Of a stretch of 64,000 bases of DNA, positions 62,447 to 64,000 are shown one piece after another; positions within the stretch are counted from its first letter, which is position 1, and every line of letters starts with the position of its first letter. Location of the stretch: positions 1,248,001 to 1,312,000 of the forward strand of contig OZ255836.1 in NCBI GenBank assembly GCA_965277715.1, read 5' to 3'. Made by a program: the position numbers and the translations under genes. The notes under the pieces were generated by a model. That model ran no database searches, was not told the DNA's origin, and worked only from the letters and a program-made list of their open reading frames with translations. The DNA is from Gammaproteobacteria bacterium (GTDB lineage Bacteria; Pseudomonadota; Gammaproteobacteria; JBCCGL01).

Positions 62447-63436
62447 CTAAGGTCGCAGCACCACTTTTGGTGCAGCGCAGCGACCCGCGTGTAGATCGGC
62501 AAATGCCTGCCCACCTTCAGCGAGTGGTCGCTCCTGCAGCCAATCGAGCGTACCGTAGGCCCCTGCATGCAGTTTACTTGCGGCCACCTTAAGGTCCTGC
62601 ATCGTATAGGTGTAGCTGCCTATAACAGTCACTTCCTGCAAGGTCATATAGCGTGCATCCAGGCCGCCCTCGTTATCCTGTAGACCCACGTGAACAATAA
62701 CGCCGCCAGGGTTCACAGCCTTGCACGAAAATGCGCGTGTATGTTTGCTGCCAACCGCGTCGATAATGACATCGTATTGAGGTGATTCCACGGGTTCATT
62801 GATTGGATCAAAAACATGGGTAACCCCTGCTTTTGCAGCGACATCCCGACGCAGTGCATTCGTTTCCGCCAAGTGCACCGCAGAGGCACCGTGGTCACGT
62901 AGAACCAATGCGGCAAACAGACCAACGGCACCACCGCCAATTACAAGCGTACGCATCTCACTAATTGGCCGATACACGACACGCGCCGCCAGCATCACCG
63001 CATGCAAGGCAGTGCCACACGGCTCGGTAAGTGCAGCCTGTGCCTCACTCATATCATCGGGGATATCGATAAGATTGCAGTCGTTGACAGCGATATGTGT
63101 GGCAAATGCACCGGGGCGATACATGCCAATAATGTCCCGCTGTGAACAAATATTGCTGCGCCCACCCAGGCAGGCACTGCATTCACCACAGGTCGCCAGT
63201 GGGTTCAGTGCCACACGGCGTCCGGCAAAACGGCCTGTAACCACGGTGCCCACCGCTTCATGGCCCAATATCAATGGCGGCACCCGGCGTTCATCGTGCC
63301 CCATATAAGCGTGCATATCTGACCCGCAGATACCCACAGCGCTAATCGCAATAACACTCTCGCCGTCAGCCGGAACTGGCTCTGGTTCATCGCGATAGTC
63401 GAGTTGTTGCCTGCCTGTATAAACCAATGCCTTCAT
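62447..63436 (-). CDS. Zn-dependent alcohol dehydrogenase, HpsP-like (DHPS dehydrogenase candidate)
   Basis: GICGSDMHAY.GHD.RR, PLILGHE, CGECSACLGGRSNIC, TLQEVTVIGSYTY, LDW..ERPL, APKVVL; paired with an HpsO-like SDR. Confidence 0.8.
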   Translation of the reverse strand: MKALVYTGRQQLDYRDEPEPVPADGESVIAISAVGICGSDMHAYMGHDERRVPPLILGHEAVGTVVTGRFAGRRVALNPLATCGECSACLGGRSNICSQRDIIGMYRPGAFATHIAVNDCNLIDIPDDMSEAQAALTEPCGTALHAVMLAARVVYRPISEMRTLVIGGGAVGLFAALVLRDHGASAVHLAETNALRRDVAAKAGVTHVFDPINEPVESPQYDVIIDAVGSKHTRAFSCKAVNPGGVIVHVGLQDNEGGLDARYMTLQEVTVIGSYTYTMQDLKVAASKLHAGAYGTLDWLQERPLAEGGQAFADLHAGRCAAPKVVLRP

Positions 63437-63472
63437 ACTGTTTCTCTGGGGGAAGTTGTAATACCTTTAATG

Positions 63473-64000
63473 CTATTTGGCAGTGAAGCCACCATCGACC
63501 GCCAGTGTTTGCCCAGTAATATAATTGGACGCAGATGATGCAAGAAATATACTGGCACCGCGTAAATCCTCCAGCTCACCATTGCGACCAATAGCGGTTT
63601 GCCCGGCAAACCTGGCCGACATTTCAGGGTTTTCAAATACTTTTGCGGTTAAGTCAGTCGGGAAAAAACCGGGCGCGATGGCGTTGCACATAATACCATC
63701 ACATGACCAGGCTTCGGCCATCGCACGGGTCAACTGGCAGACGCCGCCTTTGGAAGCTCCATAGGGCAGACCATTGGCAAAGGCACGGGTCGACTGCAAC
63801 GAAGCGATATTAATCACACGACCATAGCCTGCACGGCGCATACCGGGCACCAATTCACGCGACAAAAAAAACGGCACAGCCAGGTTTAGGTTTATCGTTG
63901 TATCCCAACTTTGCAGGGAAATAGACTCAACCGGCTCACGCAAATTAACCCCGGCAGCATTGACGACAATGTGAATATCACCAAAGCATTCACCGGCTCG
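63473..64000 (-). CDS. SDR oxidoreductase, HpsO/gluconate 5-dehydrogenase-like (3' part; starts beyond window)
   Basis: VNAAGVNLRE, ASLQSTRAF, YGASKGG, TRAMAEAWS, PGFFPT, VDGGFTAK. Confidence 0.8.
   Translation of the reverse strand, partial: RAGECFGDIHIVVNAAGVNLREPVESISLQSWDTTINLNLAVPFFLSRELVPGMRRAGYGRVINIASLQSTRAFANGLPYGASKGGVCQLTRAMAEAWSCDGIMCNAIAPGFFPTDLTAKVFENPEMSARFAGQTAIGRNGELEDLRGASIFLASSASNYITGQTLAVDGGFTAK

Noticed and set aside
1-64000. tRNA/rRNA genes, riboswitches, prophage or anti-phage defence genes
   Set aside because: None recognised by eye; covariance-model and HMM searches would be needed to exclude divergent ones.

Overview
Chromosomal segment of a probably marine gammaproteobacterium. 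Left: the conserved leuCD-(GST)-leuB-asd-fimV-truA-trpFBA-accD block with its divergent LysR. At 13.3-17.9 kb: a 175-bp hairpin element, then an AT-rich island with Tn3-family remnants (38-bp IR, two tnpA fragments, resolvase-like HTH) carrying LysR, a truncated FAD oxidoreductase, a DMT transporter and an SDR. At 18-33 kb: a purine uptake and degradation cluster (BMP-type ABC transporter, xdhABC, uraH, three deaminases, RutR-like TetR with a near-perfect RutR box, PRTase). Next: a RAYT-like Y1/HUH transposase bounded by perfect 11-bp inverted repeats, whose right end supplies the C-terminus of a neighbouring aminotransferase. Further right: tas, a COG0523-amidohydrolase/DmpA-SagB(pseudogene) module, apbE, a YiiX-like hydrolase, polyamine glutamylation genes, a TatT-containing TRAP transporter, two nucleotide-sugar genes, nudJ-mnmA-hflD, acnB, TerC, IclR and hpsPO-like dehydrogenases. 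A small modular palindromic repeat family occurs at three intergenic sites. No tRNA, rRNA or CRISPR array was seen. All family calls come from motif recognition by eye, not database searches. The best candidates for undescribed biology are the inverted-repeat-bounded Y1 element with the palindromic repeats, and the COG0523/amidohydrolase/DmpA module.
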